A DNA stretch of 64,000 nucleotides from Dehalococcoidia bacterium. Lineage in GTDB: Bacteria > Chloroflexota > Dehalococcoidia > UBA2979. Every line of letters begins with the position of its first letter. Position 1 is the first letter of the stretch. Shown piece after piece: positions 30,780-40,229 of the stretch. A program made the position numbers and the translations under genes. The stretch is taken from assembly GCA_965219085.1 (NCBI GenBank), contig OZ244720.1, forward strand, positions 3,232,001 through 3,296,000, read 5' to 3'. Below the pieces are notes generated by a model. The model was given only the letters and a program-made list of their open reading frames with translations. It did no database searches and had not been told where the DNA came from.

Positions 30780-31082
30780 CATGGCCTCGACGGCGAAGAC
30801 GCGGCGGTGGCTCAAGTCGTTCCACGACGTGCGGCCGCTACGGCACGCGAAGATCCTGACGAGCGTACGCCTGCTCGGCGAACCTACAGCGGAGCAGAAC
30901 CGTGATGTGGCTGCAGGCCAGGCCTGCCGGCGTGCCTGCACGAGTTCCTGGACGAGCTCGCAATCCTGATCCATCGCTTCGTACAGCGCCTCACGATCGG
31001 AGAGATCGACGAGTTCCCGCCCGCCGTTCCAGGACGGCAGTGGCCGGAGGGCGCGCGTTCGACGATTGTCGCGAGATTCCAT
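30780..31082 (-). pseudogene. Degenerate vapBC remnant
   Basis: LPSWNGGRELVDLSDREALYEAM resembles a VapB C-terminus; downstream ELVQARRQAW and HRRVF resemble PIN fragments. Confidence 0.35.
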
Positions 31083-31116
31083 ACCGAACAGCGTACCCGA
31101 CGCCGCGCCGGACGCA

Positions 31117-32086
31117 TCAGACCGAATCGACGAAGGGCTGGACCGCTTCGATCAAGCCGGGCGTGTTCTGCCCATGAACGTTATGTCCGCAGTCCGGCAC
31201 CGTTACGAGCCGGCCCCGAGGTAGCGCCCCGACGAAGCGCTCCGCCCCCTCGACCGTCAGCACGTTCGAGTCGCCGCCGCGCACGACCAGCGCCGGCAGG
31301 TCGAACGCACGCACGGCGTCGAGGTCCGGTGCGCCCTCGATGCGGCCGTCCTCGCTGCGCTCGGCGCCCTCGCGGCGGAAGTCCGGGCTGTGTAGCAGCC
31401 GGTCGGACTTCGAGACGTACTTGCCGTCGGAGCGTTGCAGGAGGTTGTAGCGCACAGTGCGCGTGATGTGCTCGCGGCTGCGGTACGGGTCGTACGCCGT
31501 CACGCGCTCGATGAACGCGTCGAGGTCGTCGAACTCGACGTTCTGCTGCACGAACGCGCGGATCACGTCGGCGCCCTCGCCCGAGACCTCGGGTCCCACG
31601 TCGACGAAGACCGCCGGCGCGCGCGGCGGCCGGACGCTTGGCGAGCAGCGTCATCGTGACCATCCCGCCCATCGAGTGGCCGATCACGAGTGGGTGCTCG
31701 AGGTCCTGTTGGTCGATGAACGCGAGGGCGTCGGTCGCCATCGCCTGCACCGAGTAGTTGGCGTCGCGCGCCCACTCGCTGTCGCCGTGGCCGCGCTGGT
31801 CGAGCGCGAGCACGCGGTAGCGGTCGGCGAGGTGGAGGCTGACGAGGTCCCACGAGTGGGCGGTCTGGTTGCCGCCGTGCAGCAGCACGATCGGCGGCGC
31901 GTCGGGCTCGCCCCACTCGAGGAAGTGGAAGCGCTGTCGCCTGAGCACCGTGTTGCGGGAGAAATGACGAACCTCGGGATCATGGGAGATCCCGAGGTCC
32001 GATGCGCTTTCCAGGAGGGACTGCAGCTCGGGCGACGCGCTCAAGTCCAGCGGATCGAGATCCGCGGCGAACTCGCTGAGGTACAT
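31117..32086 (-). pseudogene. Alpha/beta hydrolase, frameshifted
   Basis: LLHGG, DQRGHG and GHSMGG in one frame; VFVDVGP...RGGDS...CGHNV in another; one extra base near 31615. Confidence 0.8.
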
Positions 32087-32116
32087 CGCGCCGCCCGGGC
32101 CGCGCCGGACGAGGGC

Positions 32117-34417
32117 TTAGCCGTCCGGGTGCAGCTCGTCGAGGATCACGCCCGGGCTCGCCGGCAGGTGGTTCATGCGCGCACCCACGGCGTCCTTGAT
32201 GGCGTTCGCGACCGCCGCCAGTGGCGGGATGATCGGCACCTCGCCAACCCCGCGCACGCCGTACGGGTGACCGGGGTTCGCCTTCTCGACGAGGATAATA
32301 TCGATCATCGGAACGTCGAGCGCGGTCGGCATGCGGTAGTCGAGCAGGCTCGAGTTCTCCATGCGGCCGGTCTCGTCGAACACGTACTCCTCGGTCAGCG
32401 CCATGCCGATACCCTGGGCGACGCCGCCCTGGATCTGGCTCTCGACGTACGAGGGGTGCACCGCCGTGCCGACGTCCTGCACCGCCGTGTAGCGGAGGAT
32501 GTCGACCTTGCCGGTCTCGGGGTCCACCTCGACGTCGACGATGTTGCCGGCGAAGGCCGGGCCGACGGTCGTCGGCTTGGCGCTCGCCTTGCCCTGCACG
32601 AGCCCGCCGGTGGCGGACAGCTGTGCGGCAATCTCCTTGAAGGTGAACGTGCGCTCGTTGCCGTCCTCGTCGGCGGGGCCACGGAGGACGGCGTCGTCGC
32701 CGTAGGTCACGTCGTCGCGGTCGACCTCCCAGATCATCGCAGCACGCTCTTCGAGTTGCGCGCGGATGTCGAGCGCTGCGTCATGCACGGCCCAGCCCGT
32801 GGCGAAGGTCGTGCGGCTGCCGCCGGTCGTGCCGGTCCAGCCGATCGAGTCGGTGTCGACGATGGTCGGCTTCACGTCCTCGTACGGGATGCCGAGCGAT
32901 TCGGCGTGCGTCATCGCCATCGCGGCGCGCTGGCCGCCGATGTCGACCGAGCCGAGCACCAGGCTGACGGTGCCGTCGGCGTTGACGTTCGCGTAGGCGG
33001 CGGACTCGTTGCCGCCGTTGAACCAGAAGCCCATGGCGACGCCGCGACCGCGGTTCTCGCCCGACAGCTCGGAGCGGTAGTGGTCGCTCTGCTGGATCGC
33101 CTCGATCACCTCGATGTTGCCGACGACGCCGAAGGCGGCGCCGTCGACGCGGCGTGTGCCCTCAGTCGAGGCGTTCTGGAGCCGCAGCTCCATCGGATCC
33201 CTATCGAGGCGCTCGGCGAGCTCGTCGACGAGCGACTCGACGGCGAACTCAGACGCCGGAGCGCCGGGCGCGCGGTAGGCGGCGACCTGTGGCTTGTTGA
33301 GCACCACATCCCACGCCTCGACGCGCTGGTTGGGCACGTTGTAGGGGCCGAACGCGCAGCGCGCGCCGGCGACGTAGGGGGAGCCGGGGTAGGCGCCGGC
33401 CTCGTAGGCGAAGCTGCCCTCGATGGCGACGATGGTGCCGTCGGACTTCGCGCCGATGCGGGCGCGCGAGTACGTACCGGAGGTGGGGCCGCTGGCCTCC
33501 ATCACCTCGGTGCGGGTCATGTTGACCTTGACCGGGCGGTTCGTCTTCTGCGAAAGCAGCGCGGCGACAGGCTCCAGGTAGAGCTTGGTCTTGCCGCCGA
33601 AGCCGCCGCCGATCTCGGTCGGGATGACCTTGATGCGCGACACCGGCAGTTCGAGCATGTCGGCCATCAGGTCGCGGATGCCGAAGGCGCCCTGCGTGGT
33701 GGTCCAGACGATCAGCTCGCCGTCGCGGTTCCACAGCGCGGTCGAGACGTGCGGCTCGATGTAGCCCTGGTGGGCCATCGTCGTGCTGAACTCGTCCTCG
33801 ACGATGATGTCGGCCTCGGCGAAACCCGCCTCGACGTCGCCGATCGCGAGCTCGAGGTGCTTCGCGACGTTGGTGGGCCGCTCCATGGTGGTCTCACCGG
33901 CCGCGCCCATGACCGGCGTGATCAGCTCCTCGGTGCGCATGTCGTCGTGCAGCACCGGGGCCGCCTCGGTCATCGCCTCCTGCACGTCGAGCACCGTCGG
34001 CAGCTCCTCGTACTCGATCTCGATGAGGTCGAGGGCGTCCTCGGCGATGTGCTGGTCGGTGGCGCACACGGCGGCGACGGGGTGGCCCTGGTAGAGCACC
34101 TTGTCGATCGCGATGATGGCGCCACGGATCCACTTCAGCGGCGTGAGCCCCCGGATCGTCGGGACGATGCGCTCGCCGGGGTCGGGCAGGTCCTTGCCCG
34201 TGACCACCGCGAGCACGCCCGGCAGCGCCTCGGCCTTCGAGGTGTCGATGCTCAGAATGTTCCCGTGGGCGATCGGGCTGCGCTTCATGCGCCCGAACGC
34301 CATGCGCGGGAGGTTGACGTCCGCGCCGTACTCGGCGCGGCCCGTGACCTTGTCGGCGCCGTCCGGGCGGACGGGGCGGGTGCCGATGACCCGATACGGC
34401 TTGTCGGTAGCGACCAT
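32117..34417 (-). CDS. Xanthine dehydrogenase family molybdopterin-binding large subunit
   Basis: KVTGRAEY, GGGFGGK, QIQGGVAQGIG and GVRGVGE motifs; loop AYRAPG, not the CODH AYRCSFR. Confidence 0.92.
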   Translation of the reverse strand: MVATDKPYRVIGTRPVRPDGADKVTGRAEYGADVNLPRMAFGRMKRSPIAHGNILSIDTSKAEALPGVLAVVTGKDLPDPGERIVPTIRGLTPLKWIRGAIIAIDKVLYQGHPVAAVCATDQHIAEDALDLIEIEYEELPTVLDVQEAMTEAAPVLHDDMRTEELITPVMGAAGETTMERPTNVAKHLELAIGDVEAGFAEADIIVEDEFSTTMAHQGYIEPHVSTALWNRDGELIVWTTTQGAFGIRDLMADMLELPVSRIKVIPTEIGGGFGGKTKLYLEPVAALLSQKTNRPVKVNMTRTEVMEASGPTSGTYSRARIGAKSDGTIVAIEGSFAYEAGAYPGSPYVAGARCAFGPYNVPNQRVEAWDVVLNKPQVAAYRAPGAPASEFAVESLVDELAERLDRDPMELRLQNASTEGTRRVDGAAFGVVGNIEVIEAIQQSDHYRSELSGENRGRGVAMGFWFNGGNESAAYANVNADGTVSLVLGSVDIGGQRAAMAMTHAESLGIPYEDVKPTIVDTDSIGWTGTTGGSRTTFATGWAVHDAALDIRAQLEERAAMIWEVDRDDVTYGDDAVLRGPADEDGNERTFTFKEIAAQLSATGGLVQGKASAKPTTVGPAFAGNIVDVEVDPETGKVDILRYTAVQDVGTAVHPSYVESQIQGGVAQGIGMALTEEYVFDETGRMENSSLLDYRMPTALDVPMIDIILVEKANPGHPYGVRGVGEVPIIPPLAAVANAIKDAVGARMNHLPASPGVILDELHPDG

Positions 34418-34495
34418 GCCGGTGATCTCCTTCGCGTATGCTTGCGTTGTTGCGGCATTGTAGCGGAAACGTCCGCTACCGCCGTGACGACCTCG

Positions 34496-36220
34496 TTAAC
34501 TCCCCTGCGGCAGCACCCACACCAGCAGCGCCGAGGGGTGACCGGCGTCGTGCAGCACCTGCTGCACAGCGGGACGCGTCTCCACCGCGCTCCAGCCTGG
34601 CTCGCCCGTGTTCGGGTTCGCGTCGAAGCGCGGGAAGTTCGAGCTCGACACCTCGACGCGCAGTTGGTGCCCCGCCGCGAAGCGGTGGGCGACGCTCGAC
34701 AGCTCGATCTCGTAGCGCGCGGGCTCACCCGGCGTGACCGGCGAGGGTTCGGCCAGCGAGTCACGGAAGCTCGCGCGACGGATGCCGTCGCAGAGCCCGA
34801 GCGCGCGCCCGTCAGGCGACACGTCGACGAGCTTCGCGGTCCAGTCCGTGTCGGGCGCGTCGGTGACTGCCCAGACCTCGGCGACGACGGGGCCCGCGAC
34901 GTCCAGCGGCTCGCGCAGCGGCTCGCTCGTGTAGCACAGCACGTCGTCGCGCATCTCGACGACGCGCTGGTCGCGCGGGCCCGGCTGCCCGACGGGGAGT
35001 TGGAGCAGGCAGCCGCCCTCGGTCGGCACGGGGCGCTCCGGGTCGTACACGTAGCGGTCGGCGGGCTCGCCGGCGTCGGGCGCGGCCTCGGTCAGCTCGC
35101 CGTCGCCGCGCACGCTGTTGGCCGCACCGCCCGAGCGCAGGTGCAGGCGCAGCTCGGTCGCGTCCGGGGGTGGCCACGCGTCGGCGTCGCGCCACTCGTT
35201 GGCGCCCATCAGGAAATAGCGCACGACGGGATCGTGCGCGGGCGCGTCGACGCCCATCAGGTGCTCGTCGAAGAAGCGCTTGTACGCCTCGACCACGCCC
35301 GAGAAGAGCGCCGGGCCGGTCGGCCCGAAGTCGACCTCGCCGTGGTAACGCTCGTACGAGGTGTGCGACCACGGCCCCATCCACAGTCGTTGCGGCGTCT
35401 TGCCGAGCTCGTGCAGACCGACGAAGTTGCGGATCGTGCCGATGGCGAACAGGTCGAACCACCCGCCGACGTGCATGACCGGCACGTCGAAGTCCGCGTA
35501 GTCGCGCGACAGCCGGAGGCCGTCCCAGAACTCGTCCAGGGTGTCGTGCTCGAGCCACTCGGCCCACCACGGCGCGACGCCGGGCTCCGACAGCCCGGGC
35601 ATCTCGACGAGCGGGCGGTGAGCCATCGCCGCGCCCGGATTGGCGGCAGCCGCCATGAGCCCCGCGCGCTCCTCGTCGCCGATGCCGTGGTCGGCGCGCA
35701 GCAGCTGCGCGGCGGCGAGCCCGAGGCCCCAGGAGGCGCTGAAGCCGAGCTGGAACGCGCCGCCGTAGTGCGTCCAGTCGTCGTAGTAGTCGCTCGCGGT
35801 GATGATCGAGACGGCGCAGCGCAGCGACGGCGGACGCTCGCGCGTCGCCAGCATCGTCGTCGCGCCGAAGTAGGAGGCGCCGAAGATGCCGACGTCGCCG
35901 TTGCAGAAGTCCTGCGCGGCGAGCCACTCGACGGTGTCGTAGCCGTCGGCGCCCTCGTCCACGAAGGGGTGGAACTCGCCCTGCGAGGAGAAGCGACCGC
36001 GCGTGTCGGTCACGAGCACGGCGTAGCCGCCCTCGGCGAGCTTGAGCGGGAGCGGCATCGAGCGCAGGCCGCCGTAGCCCTCCTTGTCGTAGGGCGTGCG
36101 GCTGACGATGCCCGGCGCCGGCGCGCCGCCGGCGGGCCGGTAGAGGTCGCCGTAGGTCTCGACGCCGTCGCGCATCGGTACGGTCACGTTCTTCTCGACG
36201 AGTACGTTGGCGGGCGCCAT
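34496..36220 (-). CDS. CocE/NonD family hydrolase
   Basis: PMRDG, RTPYDK, GASYFG nucleophile, GGWFD, GPWSH and SSNFPRFD motifs. Confidence 0.93.
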   Translation of the reverse strand: MAPANVLVEKNVTVPMRDGVETYGDLYRPAGGAPAPGIVSRTPYDKEGYGGLRSMPLPLKLAEGGYAVLVTDTRGRFSSQGEFHPFVDEGADGYDTVEWLAAQDFCNGDVGIFGASYFGATTMLATRERPPSLRCAVSIITASDYYDDWTHYGGAFQLGFSASWGLGLAAAQLLRADHGIGDEERAGLMAAAANPGAAMAHRPLVEMPGLSEPGVAPWWAEWLEHDTLDEFWDGLRLSRDYADFDVPVMHVGGWFDLFAIGTIRNFVGLHELGKTPQRLWMGPWSHTSYERYHGEVDFGPTGPALFSGVVEAYKRFFDEHLMGVDAPAHDPVVRYFLMGANEWRDADAWPPPDATELRLHLRSGGAANSVRGDGELTEAAPDAGEPADRYVYDPERPVPTEGGCLLQLPVGQPGPRDQRVVEMRDDVLCYTSEPLREPLDVAGPVVAEVWAVTDAPDTDWTAKLVDVSPDGRALGLCDGIRRASFRDSLAEPSPVTPGEPARYEIELSSVAHRFAAGHQLRVEVSSSNFPRFDANPNTGEPGWSAVETRPAVQQVLHDAGHPSALLVWVLPQGS

Positions 36221-36396
36221 CGCGGCCTCCGTTCGGTGGTGCTGTCCCGGGTGGCGCGGGGAGCATAGCGCGCCGCCTCGGCGGCCACATTGCCGGGCCG
36301 CCGCGTTGCCAGGGGGCCGCGTTGCCGGGCCCCGCGTTGCTGGTGGGACAGGCGCTGGGGTAGCGTGCGCGCGAACAGCACCAAAGGAGCGTCGAG

Positions 36397-37176
36397 ATGG
36401 CCTACGAAGCAGAGTTCGTCAACTACAGCGTGGAGGGCCACGTCGCGACGATCGCGATGAACCGCCCCGAGCGGCTCAACGCCTACGGCGCGCAGCTGCG
36501 CGAGGACATGACCGGCGCGTGGGCGGAGGCGGTTGCCGACGACGACGTGCGGGTCATCATCCTCACCGGCGAGGGGCGCATCTTCTGCGCGGGCCGCGAC
36601 ATCCGCGAGCAGGCCGAGCGCGGCGGCGCCGCGCCAGCGCCGGCGGCGCCCGGGAACCTCAACTACTTCGGCGTGCCGGACACGGACAAGCCGATCATCG
36701 CCGCCGTGCGCGGCGGCGCGTGGGGCCAGGGCTGGTTCATGGCCTGCGGCTCCGACATCGTGATCGCGGCCGACGACGCGCGCTTCGCGATGTCCGAGGT
36801 GCCGACGGGCATCATCGGTCCGGCGTTCATCCCGCTGAAGATGAACATCCCGTGGCTGGTCGGCTCGGAGATCGTCCTGCGGGGCCACCAGATCTCCGCG
36901 CAGAGCGCCTACGACGCCGGACTCCTCAACCACGTGGTGCCGAGCGACCAGGTGATGACGCTGGCGCGCGAGATCGCGCAGGAGATCGCCGCCCTGCCGC
37001 CCCGGCACGTCCAGGTCACGAAGCGCCAGCTCGCGATGGCGCGGCCCGAGCCCTCGCACTACCAGTCCGAGGTCGCGTTCGGGCAGGGCCGTGACGAGCT
37101 CATGGCCCTCGACGACACGCGCGAGGCGGCGCAGGCGTTCGCCGAGAAGCGCACCCCGGTCTTCCAGGGCCGGTAG
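36397..37176 (+). CDS. Enoyl-CoA hydratase/isomerase
   Basis: NRPERLNA, FCAGRD and FAEKRTPVFQGR; AAAGGAG RBS. Confidence 0.9.
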   Translation: MAYEAEFVNYSVEGHVATIAMNRPERLNAYGAQLREDMTGAWAEAVADDDVRVIILTGEGRIFCAGRDIREQAERGGAAPAPAAPGNLNYFGVPDTDKPIIAAVRGGAWGQGWFMACGSDIVIAADDARFAMSEVPTGIIGPAFIPLKMNIPWLVGSEIVLRGHQISAQSAYDAGLLNHVVPSDQVMTLAREIAQEIAALPPRHVQVTKRQLAMARPEPSHYQSEVAFGQGRDELMALDDTREAAQAFAEKRTPVFQGR

Positions 37177-37205
37177 CCGCGACGCGCCACGGGACGCCTC
37201 GCCGG

Positions 37206-39076
37206 TCAGTAATACCGGAACGCGTGGCCGAAATGCGCGATGTCGCCCCAGCACACGACATCGCCATCGACGGCGATGCCGCACGTGCGGGATTCGCTGG
37301 CGCTGATCGAGATGTAGCGGGCGGGCGGCGGCTCGGTCTGGCCGGCGTCCCACCCCGCCGGTGAGCCCCAGCACACAGCCTCGCCCTCCACGGTGACGGC
37401 GCACACGTAGCCCCAGCCGGTGTCGATGGCGCTGTATCGGCCGGGGGGCACGTCGAGTTGTCCGTCGCTGTTATCGCCCAGCACATTGCCTCGCCGGCTT
37501 CGGTCAGTGCGCAGGTCGTCCGGTAGCCGGCGCTGATCGCGGCAAAGCGACCCGGAGGCGGGTCGTTCTGGCCGTAAGCGTCAGACGTCCGGGGGCGCCC
37601 CCAGCAGACTGCATCCCCGTCTTCGGTGAGCGCGCAGGTGTGTTGCCAGCCCGCGCTGATGGCCGCGTAGTGACCTGCGGGAGGATCCGCCTGGTCCTGA
37701 CGGATTCCTCCCCAGCAGACAGCTTCGCCTTCGAGCGAGAGGGCACAGGTATGGAGCGGCCCGACGCTCATCGCTGCATACTGCCCCGGTGGAGCGTCGG
37801 TCTGGCCCGACCGGCCAGCTCCCCAGCAGACAGCCTCACCCGTTTGGGTCAAGGCGCACGTGTGCTCATCCCCCACGCCGATCGCGGTGTAGGAGCCCCG
37901 CGGAGCCTCTGACTGACCGGCGAAGTTCGATCCCCAGCAGCCGACCCGTCCGTCCTCCCCGAGCGCACACGTATGAGACGCCCCGTCACTGACGTCGCGG
38001 TAACGCCCCGACACTAGTTCCCCGGCGAAAGGGCGCACCTTGCCGACCGGTCGCCAGCACTCCGCCTCACCGGCCTCTGACAAGGCGCACGCAAAGGAGT
38101 CTCCTACACTGATGGCCTTGTAGCGATCGGAGCCTGAGCCGGGCCGCCGAAGTTCCGTGTCGAGGCCACCCCAGCACTCGATCGCACCATCCTCCGTAAG
38201 TGCGCACCCGTAGGGCCCAGACACATCGAGGGCGACGTACGTCTCGCTGGCCAGTCGGGCGGAGAGCCCACCGCCCTCCCCTACGTCGAGGCACTCGATG
38301 GCGCCGTCTGCCGTGAGTGCGCAGATGTGGGACATCGACCTCCCCCCGGAGCTGCCGTGGGCGACGCTGACCGTCGTATACACATCCGGAGGGAAGGCCG
38401 CGGAGGTATACGCACCCGAAGCGAAGGCGGGGTAGCCGTCGATGCCGCCATACCCTTCCCAACAGACGACGGATCGCTCAACAGTGAGCCCGCACCCGTG
38501 GACCCGACTGACATCGATGGCGGCCCACGCCCCCGGGGGCGCAATCGCGATCTCGGAACCAACCTCGTCCCAGCAGAAGGCCTCGCCGGCGCGACTCACG
38601 GCGCAGCCACCCCAGTTGCTCACGGCAATCGAGACAAAGTGCTCCTCTGGTGCATCGGACGGCGTGCTACCTGAGCCCCAGCAGACGATCTCGCCGCCCT
38701 CGGAGAGCGCGCACGTGGTCAGAGTTCCGCCGGCATCGATGGCCGTATAGCGCCCAGGTGGCGCGCCTCTCTGCCCGTACCAGTTGCCGCCGCCCCAGCA
38801 CACCACCTCAGCGTCCTCGGTGATCGCGCAGGCGTGGTCCCAGCCGTGGCTGATCGTCGTGTAGCGGCCGGGCGGCTCGTCGAGCGTCACCCACTGCATC
38901 GGTGTCCCAGTGGGGATGGGCGTCGCGGTCGGGGTCTGCATGCTTGCCGCGGCGGGCGAAGCCTCGGCCGTCGCTGCGGGAGTCGTGGCTGGTGGTGTGT
39001 CCTCCGCGCGCTCGCACGCGAGGCCTGCGAGCGCCAGGACCATCGCCGTAGCCAGCGCCACCGCCCGTGCGCGCAT
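37206..39076 (-). pseudogene. RCC1/BLIP-II repeat lipoprotein, frameshifted near C-terminus
   Basis: Lipobox LAC, many PPGRY.AIS.G..HTCAL...G.A.CWG repeats; TGGGC at about 37480 lacks one G needed for CWGDNSDGQ. Confidence 0.8.
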
Positions 39077-39171
39077 CCGCACCACCCTCACCCCGCCACG
39101 CGCCGACGCCGATGCTACAGTCGCGGCAACATCGCGCGCTCGGTGACAGTACGCGTGAGGACGCCGGACGG

Positions 39172-40017
39172 ATGCCGCCACTTGATCCTCGATCGACCTT
39201 CGGCGCCCCGCCCGCTGTACGCGCTCCGGGCCCGCTGCGCCGCGCCGCCCGCCGCTGGCTGCCGCGGCGCCTGCGTGCCGAGGTCGCGATCGCCCGCCGG
39301 CATCTGCGCGACCGTCGCGGCCGCGACGCGTTCGCCACGCGCCGCGGCGACCCCTCGGCCTTCCCGCATCGCTTCGAGGGCTACGCGTTGCCGATGATCA
39401 TCTACCCCGGCCAGGAGCACCTCGCCCAGGGCAAGCGCCACAACCAGCGCTTGCTGGCCCAGGCGCTGGACGGCGTGCGCGTCGAGCCGGGCGAGGTGCT
39501 GTCGCTGTGGCGCTGCGCGGGGCGGCCGAGCGCGCGCCGCGGCTACCTGCCCGGCGCGGCCATCGTCGCCGGCGAGCTCACCAGCGAGGACGGCGGCGCC
39601 ACCTGCCAGCTCTCGACCGTGCTCTACAACGCCGGCCTGCTCGCCGGCCTCGACGTCGTCGAGCGCCACGCCCACTCGGTCGACGTGTACGGCGAGGCGC
39701 GCTACTTCGAGCCGGGGCGCGACGCGACCATCGAGTACGGCGTGCTCGACGTGCGCTTCCGCAACCCCCACCCGTTCGCCGTGCTGCTCGAGCTCAGGGC
39801 CGACGACGACCGCGTCGCCGCCGCGTTCCGTGCGCCGGTCGGCGACCTCCCGGCCGTCGCGATTACGGCGGAGCGGTTGCCTGTCGACGGGGGTGCGTGG
39901 CGGGCGCGCACGTTGCGCACGATCACCCCACCAGGCACCCCACCAGGCACCCCGCCGGGCAGCGAGTCACGCCGCGAGGACCTCGGCTGGTCGGTCTACC
40001 GCGCAGGCGACAGCTAG
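39172..40017 (+). CDS. VanW family protein
   Basis: GGATCQLSTVLYNA, ERHAHS, GRDATI and DVRFRN motifs. Confidence 0.85.
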   Translation: MPPLDPRSTFGAPPAVRAPGPLRRAARRWLPRRLRAEVAIARRHLRDRRGRDAFATRRGDPSAFPHRFEGYALPMIIYPGQEHLAQGKRHNQRLLAQALDGVRVEPGEVLSLWRCAGRPSARRGYLPGAAIVAGELTSEDGGATCQLSTVLYNAGLLAGLDVVERHAHSVDVYGEARYFEPGRDATIEYGVLDVRFRNPHPFAVLLELRADDDRVAAAFRAPVGDLPAVAITAERLPVDGGAWRARTLRTITPPGTPPGTPPGSESRREDLGWSVYRAGDS

Positions 40018-40229
40018 AGTCGCACTTCAGCGACGGCGTACGGGCCCAGGCTGCCCCTGAGCGTCCGGGCCGCTACAATCGCCCCGGCGCCGCACGGTGC
40101 GGCGCCGCAATCGACCCGCCCGTCCCGGGCCTTTCTGTGCGTCCCGCCCCGCGGCGGATGCCCCACATCCACGGAGATGGCGGGGTACGCCCCGCGGCCG
40201 CGGAGGCGCGGCCGCACGAGGTAACAACG

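Noticed and set aside
32117-34417. Aerobic CO dehydrogenase CoxL
   Set aside because: The active-site loop is AYRAPG rather than AYRCSFR, and there are no adjacent coxM or coxS genes.
31457-36268. 1603-aa plus-strand ORF, and similar long ORFs such as 2818..5121, 50507..53320 and 48750..50591
   Set aside because: Antisense shadows of well-supported minus-strand genes, expected in high-GC DNA; no recognisable motifs.
39172-40017. Vancomycin resistance cluster
   Set aside because: Isolated VanW-domain gene with no vanHAX or vanRS genes.
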